This document shows, one piece after another, positions 12,327 through 24,316 of a stretch of DNA of 64,000 nt. The notes beneath the pieces are model-generated. The model was not told where the DNA came from. It ran no database searches and worked only from the letters and a program-made list of their open reading frames with translations. The translations under genes and the position numbers were made by a program. Position 1 is the stretch's first letter, and each line of letters starts with the position of its first letter. This stretch comes from Pocillopora damicornis (taxonomy: Eukaryota): contig NW_020843379.1 in assembly GCF_003704095.1 (NCBI RefSeq), positions 1 to 64,000 of the forward strand, written 5' to 3'.

Positions 12327-13880
12327 TCAACCTGAGCAGGCGGGATCCTTGGAACGTCCGCATGAGAAGCAGATTATTTTCAGATCGTCATGAAATTTCC
12401 GGAAACGGAATGATGTACCATCTGAGAATAAACTCCGAAGGAATTCAATTTCTAACCTCAATGATCTCCTTTTTAATTGTATCCCATACCTTTGCATGAA
12501 CGCACTTTGCATTTCATAGTCTGCGAATATGGTCCTTTGCAGTTCTTTCCAAATCCCGATGGGGGTGGGTTGGTGCATTTGCGGTTGCGAGTCTTCTTTC
12601 CTTTACCACAGGTCTTGCTACACTTGGAGAACGCAGACCACTGAGTGAACCCTCCATCAACTAAAACGATGCAAAAACTTCCAAAAATTAGTCGATTAAA
12701 CAATAAACATGTCCTCCACCTTTATTAATAACCGTTTCCACCATGACATCAGGATGCATACGCATACATGTCCATTTACCATACTAAAACCACGACAATA
12801 TCGAGTAGCCCTGGCTAGCTTTAAGTTCCAAATAGTTTTAGGATCAACATGGCAGCAGCTGAGATTATAGAATAACCACATATAGATCTTCACCTCGATA
12901 CACTGACTTTTTCCTTTCTATAACTTAAGCCTTATGCTATATATGTTATTATCTTCAAAATGATGGTTCAAAAATGATTGACCTACCATTTGGTACTGCA
13001 CATGGCCCAGTGTTGCACTTTCGTTCCTCCTTGCTGTCTCCAATGCATTGTTTACCTCCATATGCCGGTCGAGGATTGGTGCACGTTCTTGCACGCATCT
13101 GTGTTCCACCTCCACAAGTTTTAGTACACTGGCTCCATTCTCCAAAGTTACTCCAGCCACCGTCAACTATGTAATCATAATAAAGAGAGCCAAGCTAAGG
13201 ACGGATCCTTGCAGGTAAGCTTTAACTCCCAAGATCCATTAGTACTTCTCCTTACTGTCTGCCATATAATTCCTATGTTGCTAGATCGGAGTATTTGGTA
13301 TTGGATCAACTGATTATTCCCTAATCGATATTTTTCTTTGTTCTCATCCCTTGTCTCCTTGATATTGTATTAATATTGTAGGGAGAAATTTTGTCTTAGT
13401 CACTCGTAGGAGTTAAAAGGGTTAAAGAGGTTGACGGAATAGATTCTAATGCTGGCCTCCCAAATTTCAAATGAGCACCGCTGCCAACCCAGGAAGAAGC
13501 CCCCTGTTGGAAGCGCGGTAACAAGTTTAGTGGATTCTTCTTTCCCTGGAACTTCATAAAAATCCGATGAAATCAATTACAGAGAGTCCGTTAGTTAGGT
13601 TCAGCTTGCTAGGGATATATAGCCAAAACGGAGATGCGATCATACGTAAATTGAAAATTTTGACCGCAAAAAAAACCACGTATCTTCAGTCTAGTTCATG
13701 TAGACCTACCACTGCACGAGGCTTGGTTACAGGGCCGTGTTTCTCTGTCAGGTCCTGAACATGATAATCCTCCGAATGAAGGTGGAGGATTTGTACAGGT
13801 GCGCTTGCGTTCTTGTTGTCCAACTCCGCAGGTTACGCTGCATGGTCCCCAGTTTCCAAAGCTACTCCATCCTTCATTTG
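12327..13880 (-). CDS. Three TSP1 exons plus terminal exon (13710-13880, 12987-13166, 12490-12660, 12327-12421); probably the 3' part of the beta-prism/TSP1 gene or a paralog, on a reversed contig
   Basis: Phase-1/phase-1 exons [68 protein letters not shown] and [34 protein letters not shown], then [31 protein letters not shown]; canonical AG/GT at each boundary. Confidence 0.8.
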
Positions 13881-14879
13881 CTAAAATCAAACACAGTCAA
13901 CTCTTTTATGAGAAGTCGTTCTTGCCGAGCATTGATAAAGAATATTAAAAGAGGATCTGCTGGTTAGACTAGTAAGAAAACTACACAGAGCATCTAAGAA
14001 GAGCATCCCAGCTACGTTTGCTAAATATNNNNNNNNNNNNNNNNNNNNNNNNNNNNNNNNNNNNNNNNNNNNNNNNNNNNNNNNNNNNNNNNNNNNNNNN
14101 NNNNNNNNNNNNNNNNNNNNNNNNNNNNCTTGACGTTAAAGGTGTAAAGGGCTAATCTTTTGAGTCAGTCATGCCTATGCTTGGAGTGATGAAATTTTTA
14201 ACTCTAATGGATTAGGGAAAAAAATAACTGATCCTGATTTGAATGGCACTATTCTCAGAAGAAATTACTTTCTTTCTTACTTTCTCCAAGAACAGGGGTC
14301 TAAGTTCCAGTTGGTAATTAAAAATGNNNNNNNNNNNNNNNNNNNNNNNNNNNNNNNNNNNNNNNNNNNNNNNNNNNNNNNNNNNNNNNNNNNNNNNNNN
14401 NNNNNNNNNNNNNNNNNNNNNNNNNNNNNNNNNNNNNNNNNNNNNNNNNNNNNNNNNNNNNNNNNNNNNNNNNNNNNNNNNNNNNNNNNNNNNNNNNNNN
14501 NNNNNNNNNNNNNNNNNNNNNNNNNNNNNNNNNNNNNNNNNNNNNNNNNNNNNNNNNNNNNNNNNNNNNNNNNNNNNNNNNNNNNNNNNNNNNNNNNNNN
14601 NNNNNNNNNNNNNNNNNNNNNNNNNNNNNNNNNNNNNNNNNNNNNNNNNNNNNNNNNNNNNNNNNNNNNNNNNNNNNNNNNNNNNNNNNNNNNNNNNNNN
14701 NNNNNNNNNNNNNNNNNNNNNNNNNNNNNNNNNNNNNNNNNNNNNNNNNNNNNNNNNNNNNNNNNNNNNNNNNNNNNNNNNNNNNNNNNNNNNNNNNNNN
14801 NNNNNNNNNNNNNNNNNNNNNNNNNNNNNNNNNNNNNNNNNNNNNNNNNNNNNNNNNNNNNNNNNNNNNNNNNNNNNNN

Positions 14880-14991
14880 CCGCTTGGGGGCGGGTTGGTG
14901 CAGGTTCGGTACTTGTACATTTTGCCTCTCTTATTACACTTCTTGCCTTTACATTCACCATACTTACTCCAATTGGTCCACCCACCATCTA
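14880..14991 (-). CDS. Partial Lys/Arg-rich TSP1 exon (second copy of 15889-16061)
   Basis: [37 protein letters not shown], truncated by an N gap; 14880-15287 is the reverse complement of ~15597-16000. Confidence 0.75.
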
Positions 14992-15888
14992 CTGTAACTA
15001 AATTTAAAATGAAACTAAATCAATGAATTTTAGACAAATATTTCCTTGGCGCATTGAAAATAGGAACCAAACGAATATATGTGAATTTATAACATCTCTC
15101 ANNNNNNNNNNCCTCTATGATTGAGTACAAAGAACGCGCGAAATAGAGTAAAAAAATCTTGCGATATTGTACAGCCATTTGGACGGCTGGTTATTTTGTA
15201 CTGTAAAAAACCAGTTTAACCAGTCCTCTGCGCGCACTACGCTTCTCTATCTGCTTTGCTTTTCCCGCCTTGAGAGAAATGAGCTGANNNNNNNNNNNNN
15301 NNNNNNNNNNNNNNNNNNNNNNNNNNNNNNNNNNNNNNNNNNNNNNNNNNNNNNNNNNNNNNNNNNNNNNNNNNNNNNNNNNNNNNNTGCAAAAAGTGAA
15401 GTACAAGCAACGCTCGAGTGGAGTACAAATTGTATATCTTAGGAGATGTTTTCGTATTTAGTATTGCTGAGTATTTTACCAGTTGTGCCGTATTTCGGTG
15501 AGCCCGTAGGGCNNNNNNNNNNNNNNNCAACGAGTAAAACTACACAGCGTTACTACACACCAAAACGTTTAATGAGTTATTCATTGTCCAAGTCTTTCAG
15601 TTCATTTCTCTCAAGGCGGGAAAAGCAAAGCAGATAGAGAAGCGTAGTTCTCGCAGCGGACTGGTTAAACTGGTTTTTTACAGTACAAAATAACCNNNNN
15701 NNNNNATGACCGTACAATATCGCAAGATTTTTGTACTCTATTTCGCGCGTTCTTTGTACTCAATCATAGAGGACAAACTTACTGAGAGATGTTATAAATT
15801 CTCATATATTCGTTTGGTTCCTATTTTCAATGCGCCAAGGAAATATTAGTCTAAAATTCATTTATTTAGTTCCATTTTAAATTCACAG

Positions 15889-16061
15889 TAGATGGTGGGT
15901 GGACCAAATGGGGTGAGTATGGTGAATGTAAAGGCAAGAAGTGTAAGAGAGGCAAAATGTACAAGTACCGNNNNNNNNNNAACCCGCCCCCAAGCGGCGA
16001 GGGGAATAAGTGCGAGGGAAAAAGTAGGAAAGGGAAGAGGTGCAGAGTGAAGTGTGACTAA
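15889..16061 (+). CDS. Lys/Arg-rich TSP1 exon ending in TAA; next exon of the beta-prism gene
   Basis: cacag|TA GAT GGT GGG TGG: VDGGWTKWGEYGECKGKKCKRGKMYKYR..NPPPSGEGNKCEGKSRKGKRCRVKCD*. 15388-15630 duplicates intron sequence 7779-8023, which links it to the exon at 7516-7692. Confidence 0.75.
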
Positions 16062-19000
16062 GGTACGGGAGACTATGAATTGACGTGAGAACTTGAGGAA
16101 TTTTTAATTTGGAACTTTATCAAAACATTTTGAGTCTTTCCTGTAAGGAGAAAAACTCTCTTCACCTTTTCAAAAGTATGCAGATGGTTATAAATCCAAA
16201 ACATCTATTTTGATTGAAAATTGCTGTATTGGAAGCATTTTTTAACATGTGGAAAACCACATTGTGGGAAAGATTTCAAAGCCTGAGAAAAGCTGTAACT
16301 ACACAGGTGTAAAATTACGATAATTTCTTATGTGTGTTTTATATCGCCAATCAGCTGCTAAGATATTGAGTTGAATACTCGAAGAGACGTTGAATATCTA
16401 TGTAGGGTTAGTGTTGGCCAATTTTCTAGCTTCTTTGCTCTTGCCTTATGGGGCTGGAAACCAAGAGATTTTATGACTATAAGCAGAGATGGTTAAAATA
16501 AATATTGGTCTCTGTACAAATATGAAAGCAAAAACAATTGAAAAATGAATAAAAAAGCAACATACAATGGTTAAACATGAGAATAAAATTTGCAAACTTG
16601 GTTTAACATTTTGCAAACTGGAACTTAGACCCCTGTTCTTGGAGAAAGAAAGAAATAAAGTAATTTCTGCTCAGAATAGTGCCATTCAAATCAGGATCAG
16701 TTATTTTTTTCCTAGTCCATTAGAGTTAGAAAATATCATCACTTGAAGCATAGGCATGACCGACTCAAAAGACTAGCCCTTTACACCTTTAACGTCAAGA
16801 TGCATATTCTCCATACTNNNNNNNNNNCATTTATTAAGGTGCTGATAAGGAGAATTTGTTGAACAGTCAACAGCTTTTTTAGTTAGTGATCATTTCCTTT
16901 ATTCTCCTGACTTAACATGTGATCATGGGGTGATGTTGTTAGGAGAAATTAGATGCNNNNNNNNNNTACAGGTCAAAGGGTTGGTTAGTCTCACAACTGA
17001 TCCATCAAACTTGATTTTGCTTTTCCAAATTGTACTTGCAGCTCCAANNNNNNNNNNGAAACAAGGGGGAATTGTCTGGGAATCAAAGGACAGCTTGTTA
17101 TATTTTGGGATATTTGGAGGGTGGAATAACCAAGGATCACCAGTAATGTAGAGTTNNNNNNNNNNNNNNNNNNNNNNNNNNNNNNNNNNNNNNNNNNNNN
17201 NNNNNNNNNNNNNNNNNNNNNNNNNNNNNNNNNNNNNNNNNNNNNNNNNNNNNNNNNNNNNNNNNNNNNNNNNNNNNNNNNNNNNNNNNNNNNNNNNNNN
17301 NNNNNNNNNNNNNNNNNNNNNNNNNNNNNNNNNNNNNNNNNNNNNNNNNNNNNNNNNNNNNNNNNNNNNNNNNNNNNNNNNNNNNNNNNNNNNNNNNNNN
17401 NNNNNNNNNNNNNNNNNNNNNNNNNNNNNNNNNNNNNNNNNNNNNNNNNNNNNNNNNNNNNNNNNNNNNNNNNNNNNNNNNNNNNNNNNNNNNNNNNNNN
17501 NNNNNNNNNNNNNNNNNNNNNNNNNNNNNNNNNNNNNNNNNNNNNNNNNNNNNNNNNNNNNNNNNNNNNNNNNNNNNNNNNNNNNNNNNNNNNNNNNNNN
17601 NNNNNNNNNNNNNNNNNNNNNNNNNNNNNNNNNNNCCTTGTGCCCTTCCCTTAAAACTTTCACTAAGGGCACAGAACTACCATCATCCAAGTTATCTGTA
17701 GAAGAGTTTTAAATGCAGCATATATAACCAAAAAAAATAATGTACTGCAGCCCTATGTGAAGCAAATGAAGATTTTGTCTTAGAGAGATGAAAAAGAAAC
17801 TGAGGTTGGCCAGTCAGTACCACAGTACCTCTTTTTCACTCCGTTGGCGAGGACTGATCCTCTCTCATGAAAATCATGTGTTGCCCCCAAAAAACCTTTA
17901 AACCTCTCAGGCCATAAAAATGTCAGGCCGCTTGCATTAAAATTCGCATGCTTTTCAACTGTCACCTTAATATTTAGCAAACGTAGCTGGGATGCTCTTC
18001 TTAGATGCTCTGTGTAGTTTTCNNNNNNNNNNNNNNNNNNNNNNNNNNNNNNNNNNNNNNNNNNNNNNNNNNNNNNNNNNNNNNNNNNNNNNNNNNNNNN
18101 NNNNNNNNNNNNNNNNNNNNNNTTTGGTTGCTAAAGAGAGGATATCTTGAGAATTTGCTTGTTCCTGAAGAATTTCAGAAGAATTTGTGAGAATAGAGAG
18201 AGGAATGAAAAAATATGTGTTGCTATTTCAGTCAAGATACAGAACTGAAAAACAAAAAACTTTCAAAAAACATTGCTTGTCATATTATTGAGGAGACAGT
18301 TAAAATTTGTTCTTTCAAAAATGTTTCCTTTCCACACCTCAACACCCCTCCACGCGACACCCACCCCCCCTCCTTTACAACGACCCAAATTAAGGGACAA
18401 TACAACCACCATGTGCCCTTCCCTTAAAACTTTCACTAAGGGCACAGAACTACCATCATCCATGTTCTCCGTAGAAGAGTTTTAAATGCAGCATATATAA
18501 CCAAAAAAAAATAATGTACCACAGCCCTATGTGAAACAAATGAAGATTTTGTCTTAGAGAGATGAAAAAGAAACTGAGGTTGGCCAGTCATGGGCTGGCT
18601 TGAGAGAATATAAGTTGCATCACTGGGAATGTGATTTGAGAACTGGGAATGGGACAAAGATATAAGAAGAAAAATGTCTTAGCTATTTAACTCACTCGAA
18701 TGTCCAAGACTGAATTTCTCCTTACAAGATCAATGCAGCGTTGAGCAGATAAGTGATGAGAATGAAGAAAAATATAGATAAGGGGACAATTAGTTGATCC
18801 AATACCAAATTCCCTGAAGAAACATCATAAGAATTGTCTGGCAGACAGTGAGGAGAATTACTAATGAGATCTTGGGAATTAAAGGGTTAAATGTGACCAA
18901 TAAATGAAGTGCCCATTCCTTGACTTGAGAAATATCAGTCAACAATAATTATTAAGACAAGTAAAATTGTCTACATTTTGGGGCTGATTTTGTCATATAG

Positions 19001-19366
19001 ACAAAGTATGATACACATTTTACTTTTGTTCAGCAAAATTCAGATTAAAGAGACTGATTTTGAAAAGAAGAAAATTCCAATATTTCATAACTGATTACAT
19101 TAAACATCATTCTTTTACATCCATCCAAGTAATTAATTTTGATAGTCATTCTGCTAAAAAATAATTTAAGTGGTGTCTGATAGAGAAAGTGTGAGGAAGG
19201 AGACATCCCTCTTTCTAAAGCTTCTTCCTGGCATGTAAAATTTATTTAGAAGCTTTAGTTGGTACCATCCATAAGTATGACACACATGTATGCGAGGGGG
19301 AGTGGAGAAACCAAACATCCAAGCACACTTGTCTGGACTTTCACTGAAGGTGGGTGTCACTAGGTA

Positions 19367-19578
19367 TAAACCCTTTACACCCTAACATCAGTATTTGTAT
19401 TCTCCATTCTGCTCTCTTTACATTTACTAAGGTGCTGATGAGGAGAATTTGTCTAACAATCAAGAGTTTGTTTAGTTGGTGATCATTTCCTTTATTCTCA
19501 TGACATTAATGTGTGATTCAGTGGTGATATTGTAAGGAGAAATTGGATGCTAGTCACTATTAGGGGTTAAAGGGTTAA
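19367..19578. mobile_element. piggyBac-like MITE (TTAA-CCCTTT family), subtype A
   Basis: aaccctttacaccctaacatcag ... ggggttaaagggttaa. Confidence 0.75.
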
Positions 19579-20066
19579 AAAGAGCATGGCTCTGGACCAC
19601 TGTGGTCCTCAAGGAGACCACAGGAGTGAACATTCTAAGTATTTGTCCTTTAAACTTTGAATGATGGTGAAATTTTCAGATCAATTTTAAATTTTATAGA
19701 CTATAGCACTAGTTATATATGTGAAAACTCTATTTCTCTACAACAAATTCAGAATTAAAAAAACAACAACAATATCTACAGGTGTTCTAAAGTACATGTT
19801 TGTAAAACCTGATAGCGACCCCCACCAAGAGTTCCAAGGACTTTCTACTGTCGCCTGCCCCTCTCCTCCCTCTCTGTCTCTATCTCTCCTCTCCTCCCTT
19901 CCCCTAGCACTTCCAATGTCCCTTGCAGACACTGGAAAACAAGTTGGCGCTGAAAAAAGGATGTCTCCTTCCCGCTCAAGTTATAACGGACACCACCAGT
20001 AACAAATTGACCATTGCATATTTATTTTCTCAAAAACACAAACATATAATATTCAATCTCTGTATG

Positions 20067-21261
20067 TTAAGACTTCTGTGATGCTACAAATTCTGGATAA
20101 TCAATATAGCCGTCTTTGTTGTGGTCATCCTCATCTAAAATTTGATCTATCATATGTCCCATTTCATCATCACTATACTGTGGGTTCTTTCCTTCACCTT
20201 CTTCATCATGATAATGAGTCATGGCATTCATTAGCTCAATTCCATCCAATTTGTTATTATTGTCATAGTCATGCAGTTTAAAGTAGTGGAATTGGAGATC
20301 CTCGTCAGACATCTGTTCATCCTTCAAGTCAATTTCATCCTTAAGATGTTCCTTGATATGGCTGCAATTTGAATAAAAATGTCAGTCAGAGAACGTATTC
20401 TACCATGTTTTTGACTTAATCCATTTACTCTCAAGATATGATTCTTAATTCCCTCCTATGGCTGCTACACACCTCCCAGTATATTGGTAGCGAGAATTTG
20501 GTTTTAGACCAAGATAACAACTTCTACCTGATGATTTTGGGTATTCTTGTAATCTGTTTGCTGGTTAATGTATGGAACTATTATGGGAAGAAGTTACATG
20601 TTAATCTTTTCTGGAAGTTAATTAAAAAAGTGCCCTATTTGCAACACAAACTAAACAGAGGATCTCCCATTGTCTCTCTAGCATGCTAGATTTATCTAAT
20701 TACAAAAAAAGGAGATTTGTGACTTGCATGTGAGATCTCAGAGGGGAAAAAAATGATTCTGGATTGTAAATCTGAAAAGGATAAATATTTGGGAATTCTA
20801 CAATGAGAGGATTGGCAATACGTAACTGCTGGCTCGTACCAACCAGTTGTTTTCCAGATCATCACAATTGATGTTATCTTACACTACTCATTTCAAAATC
20901 AAAAAGTTGATCGATGGACAAGGCTTCATACAATACACGTGTAATAAGTTAATACGCTACGGTCATTTTGTGGTTGGTTCCTTAATAAAACGAGACAATT
21001 AGCTCGAAAATAGATTGAAAATAAATAACATACGAAAAACCTTACGCAAAGGGAGACAGAAACGTTATTATTGGTTTAGAACAAATAATATTACATCTGA
21101 AACTATTAACTATAAGGATTTTACACTTACTCTTTATCGTGTGTTAGTTTTGAATCGTGTAGAGGGTTATGCATCTCCGCAGCCTGCGTATCGTCAGATT
21201 TTATCAAAGAAAATAGAGAAAGGAACAGTAAGAGCCCACAAGCACGGCAATAAGACACCAT
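20067..21261 (-). CDS. MCFD2: MCFD2-like EF-hand cargo-receptor subunit, paralog 1 (exons 21131-21261, 20067-20361)
   Basis: Signal peptide MVSYCRACGLLLFLSLFSLIKS; HIKEHL, MSDEDLQFHYFKLHDYDNNNKLDGIEL and DDHNKDGYIDYPEF are MCFD2 motifs with two EF-hands; phase-2 intron. Confidence 0.9.
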
Positions 21262-22650
21262 TTTTCTATCCATCTAGTTAAAAATATGTGAATTTTGAGA
21301 AAAGATTTCCACTACGAGACTGTTCTGACAAAAGTAAGGCGCGGTTACTGAGCAGGAACTGGATCCTTTCTAGATCCCAACCTCCCCTTGGTCCACTTGC
21401 TGTGTGTCTGACTTCTTATGCAAAAGGTCCGTGAGATTTTGGACGGTTACGTCTGAATTATGCGCCGATCAATCAGAAGCTTCAACATTCTCCTCCCCCT
21501 TCGGACAACGCACGGGTCTGTCGTCCTTGCCCGGGGGTGGACAATTTGAACCTTGCCTGGCTGGGGTGAGGAATTTGAACTGGAAGTGTCAAGTCTATCC
21601 AGTCAGGAGCCCAGTGGAGCACAAGTGTTTATCTTAAACATCGAGGTGTTTCAATTCGAGGTTAGGAGTTCACTTTCTGAAGGGCATGGCTTAGAAGAAA
21701 ATTTAAAAAACGTTCATGTTTTGAAGCTTGGTCGATGAATACTGAAAGTAACGGTCGCTAATTTTGTCTTTTCGAAACGGTTGATCATCAAATTTGGCAC
21801 TTGGGTGGGGCACAATTTTGGCCCAAACGGACGGGAATTTGAACAAAACAATTTTCAAAAGTTCAAATGTCCAGGGGTTGCCTAAGGGGGGGGGGCTTGG
21901 CTGGTTCTCCCGGTTCCATCAAATTTCCGACAGATTTCCGTCATTTTGATTAAATCAATCTAATTTGTTCATGAATTGGTTGGAATCAATTCTATGCTAG
22001 AAGTATTTGATTTACGAAGAATAACATATCCTATGCATATCTTTGTATATTCCTTTGCCAATAAGAGGCCACGTCTAGATTTGAAGGGGAGGGGAAGGGG
22101 TGGTGAGGAGTATTTCTTAAAACGGGAAAAAAAAAGATTGGGGCAAAGATAGAGCAGAGAGGGTTCGAAAGTAAATTCTTAGTCTCATTTAAATAAATAC
22201 ACCAAGACAATCAATATGGTTTTCAAAACTATTTTTCAAAAAGTTTTAAAATAAATTGAACGAAAACTTGTGTTTTTAAAAATAAATTGATATAAAACTC
22301 GTGTCACAACCTGAAAATTCATCTGAATATCGTAAAACGTCAATAACGAAACTCATGTTTAACAATTTTGTAAAAGACACCGTAAAAGAAATAATTCCTT
22401 CTGTAAAGAAAATTTATATCTACCTAAATTAATTTAAAACTCGCCAAGAGGAAATTTAATGCCTAAAAGAAATTAAGAAATGGTATTTGTATATAATATA
22501 TCAATAATGATTAATAACACTATAAATTGACGAGGGTCATGTAAAGGGTTTTCCTAACTGCGGGGCTCACAAAGTTATCACGAATAACATCACCTTCTAT
22601 TGTCATTACACAGAGCTCTGGCATTGTCACAGCAACGGTAACCACGTCAA

Positions 22651-24316
22651 TCATCTTGCCCTTGCATTCAAAGACATGCAGTGCCTGGACAAACTGACAG
22701 GTTTACATCCTTTGCTTCTCTTAATCAGCTGCCTGCAACAACTCCATCCCTTGTTCACCACGTACTCTCCCTGATGTCGCGTCACAATACAGGTTCTGGT
22801 CTTCATGGCTGCCCGAGGAAGGAACATTTGGCATCTGTTACAGCGGACTTCCTCGAGTTGTCTCGTCAATGTGCGCACGCATTGAGAAAGACTCTTGATT
22901 TTGTCCTCGTGCACACGTATTTTCTCGAGTGCGCGCGCGGAATTCTGAATCGCGCGTTGATACACTGGGCGGAACGCGGACTGTTCAATAAAGCAAAACA
23001 GCGGAGGTTTCTTGCCCAGCGCCCATTCCAAATCCATCAAGCTCGATTCCTCTAAGCATTTGTGCTCCATAAGAAGACGGATTGACTCGGAAAAGTTACA
23101 TTCTGAGCTTTCTTCCTCTTCATTCCACCAAACTACAATTCTTAGCATATCTCCCATGCTGAAAACGCTGTTTTTTGTTCCCAACTCTAAAATTGATGAT
23201 AAAAATTCAGAATCAACGATGCTTCTCCTAAACAGAGGAGAAACGGCGTAAAATTTCCACCTCGAGGCGAAGTTCTCGGCTGCCTTAATCAACAGTTCCT
23301 CGACACCCAAGAAATTTGCATTTTGAATCGTGCTGAACATTTCGTGAGCTTCGAATAGCGCGTCTTCTGCAATACCCGAGTACATAAAGCGCAAAATAGG
23401 CTCCATATTTCCAGGCGCCGGAAGGTGAACGGAGATAAAGTCCATGCTTGATTCGCGGTAGACCCCACAAAATAGAGCCCGAAAATACTGACTTCTAAGA
23501 ACCAAGTACTCTGTATGACAGTAAAATCGTTCAGAATTGAAAGAAATAATCTTGTCGGCATGCTCTGGTTGATTCACAAACTGCAAGGCTGTTTCTCCAT
23601 CAAAAACGTTGAACGCTCTCAGTTCGTTTCGTTCCGTAACAACAGCGCGATTTTGAAGCACGTGGACTGTAAGACCGGCAGCTGACAACTGGGAAATCAA
23701 ATTATTCAGCACGTCTTTCATTTCGCAAACAAGCTTTCTGTCAGTAATGCCCTCTATGCCTTTCAAACCCTCCATTACCCTGCTATTTTCCGAGTGCTTC
23801 TTGCAGCTTCTCAGGCAGTCTTTCGCAGATGTGAAAGGAGTACGCTTGTGAAACCTGCTAGCTTTCAGTGCTTGTCCACCCATTCCATGGGGACTTATTA
23901 TAAAAAGGTTCACTGAAGAACAGAATTCCTTAAGAATTGTTAGGGCGTTTGAAACAATTTCCACGTGAGAGCTGAGGGTTCTAAACAAGAACATCAAGTA
24001 ATTTGCGACAATCAAAATTCCTCACACGCATTTATCAAAAATTTTTTAAGTCCGTTTGATATAATTTCAACATGTCTTTTTTTTCATATTACTTTAAGAA
24101 GTCCAGTACTGAAAATTCTGAAAAGATGACGATACGACCAAAAACAGTTATGACGCAAATACCACGTAGTTTCGTTGACTGTTTGCGTTTCCTTTTTTCT
24201 CTGCAATTATGTCTATCTGTCACCTCGTATTTTTTCACAGGTACGGTGACTAAAGAATTGCATACCGTACATGTACTCTGAGGAACTTTCAAAAACGCGA
24301 TCGAGTTGCCCAACAT
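22651..24316 (-). CDS. BTB/POZ-domain protein with coiled coil and C-terminal Cys/His zinc-finger-like motif (exons 24093-24316, 22651-23980)
   Basis: ADKIISFNSERFYCHTEYLVLRSQYFRALF..YRES..ILRFMYSG..ANFLGVEEL is a BTB fold signature; heptad-like region ALEKIRVHEDKIKSLSQCVRTLTRQLEE; CNRC..C..RHQG..WSCC..GC..H; phase-2 splice joins AA+A (K) in frame. Confidence 0.8.

Noticed and set aside
45-18190. Many long ORFs made largely of X in the ORF track
   Set aside because: They are artefacts of translating through N runs.
19850-19910. ORFs over a CT-rich tract (SLSLSLL / REERRDRDRE)
   Set aside because: Low-complexity pyrimidine tract in the probable 3' UTR of MCFD2 paralog 1.
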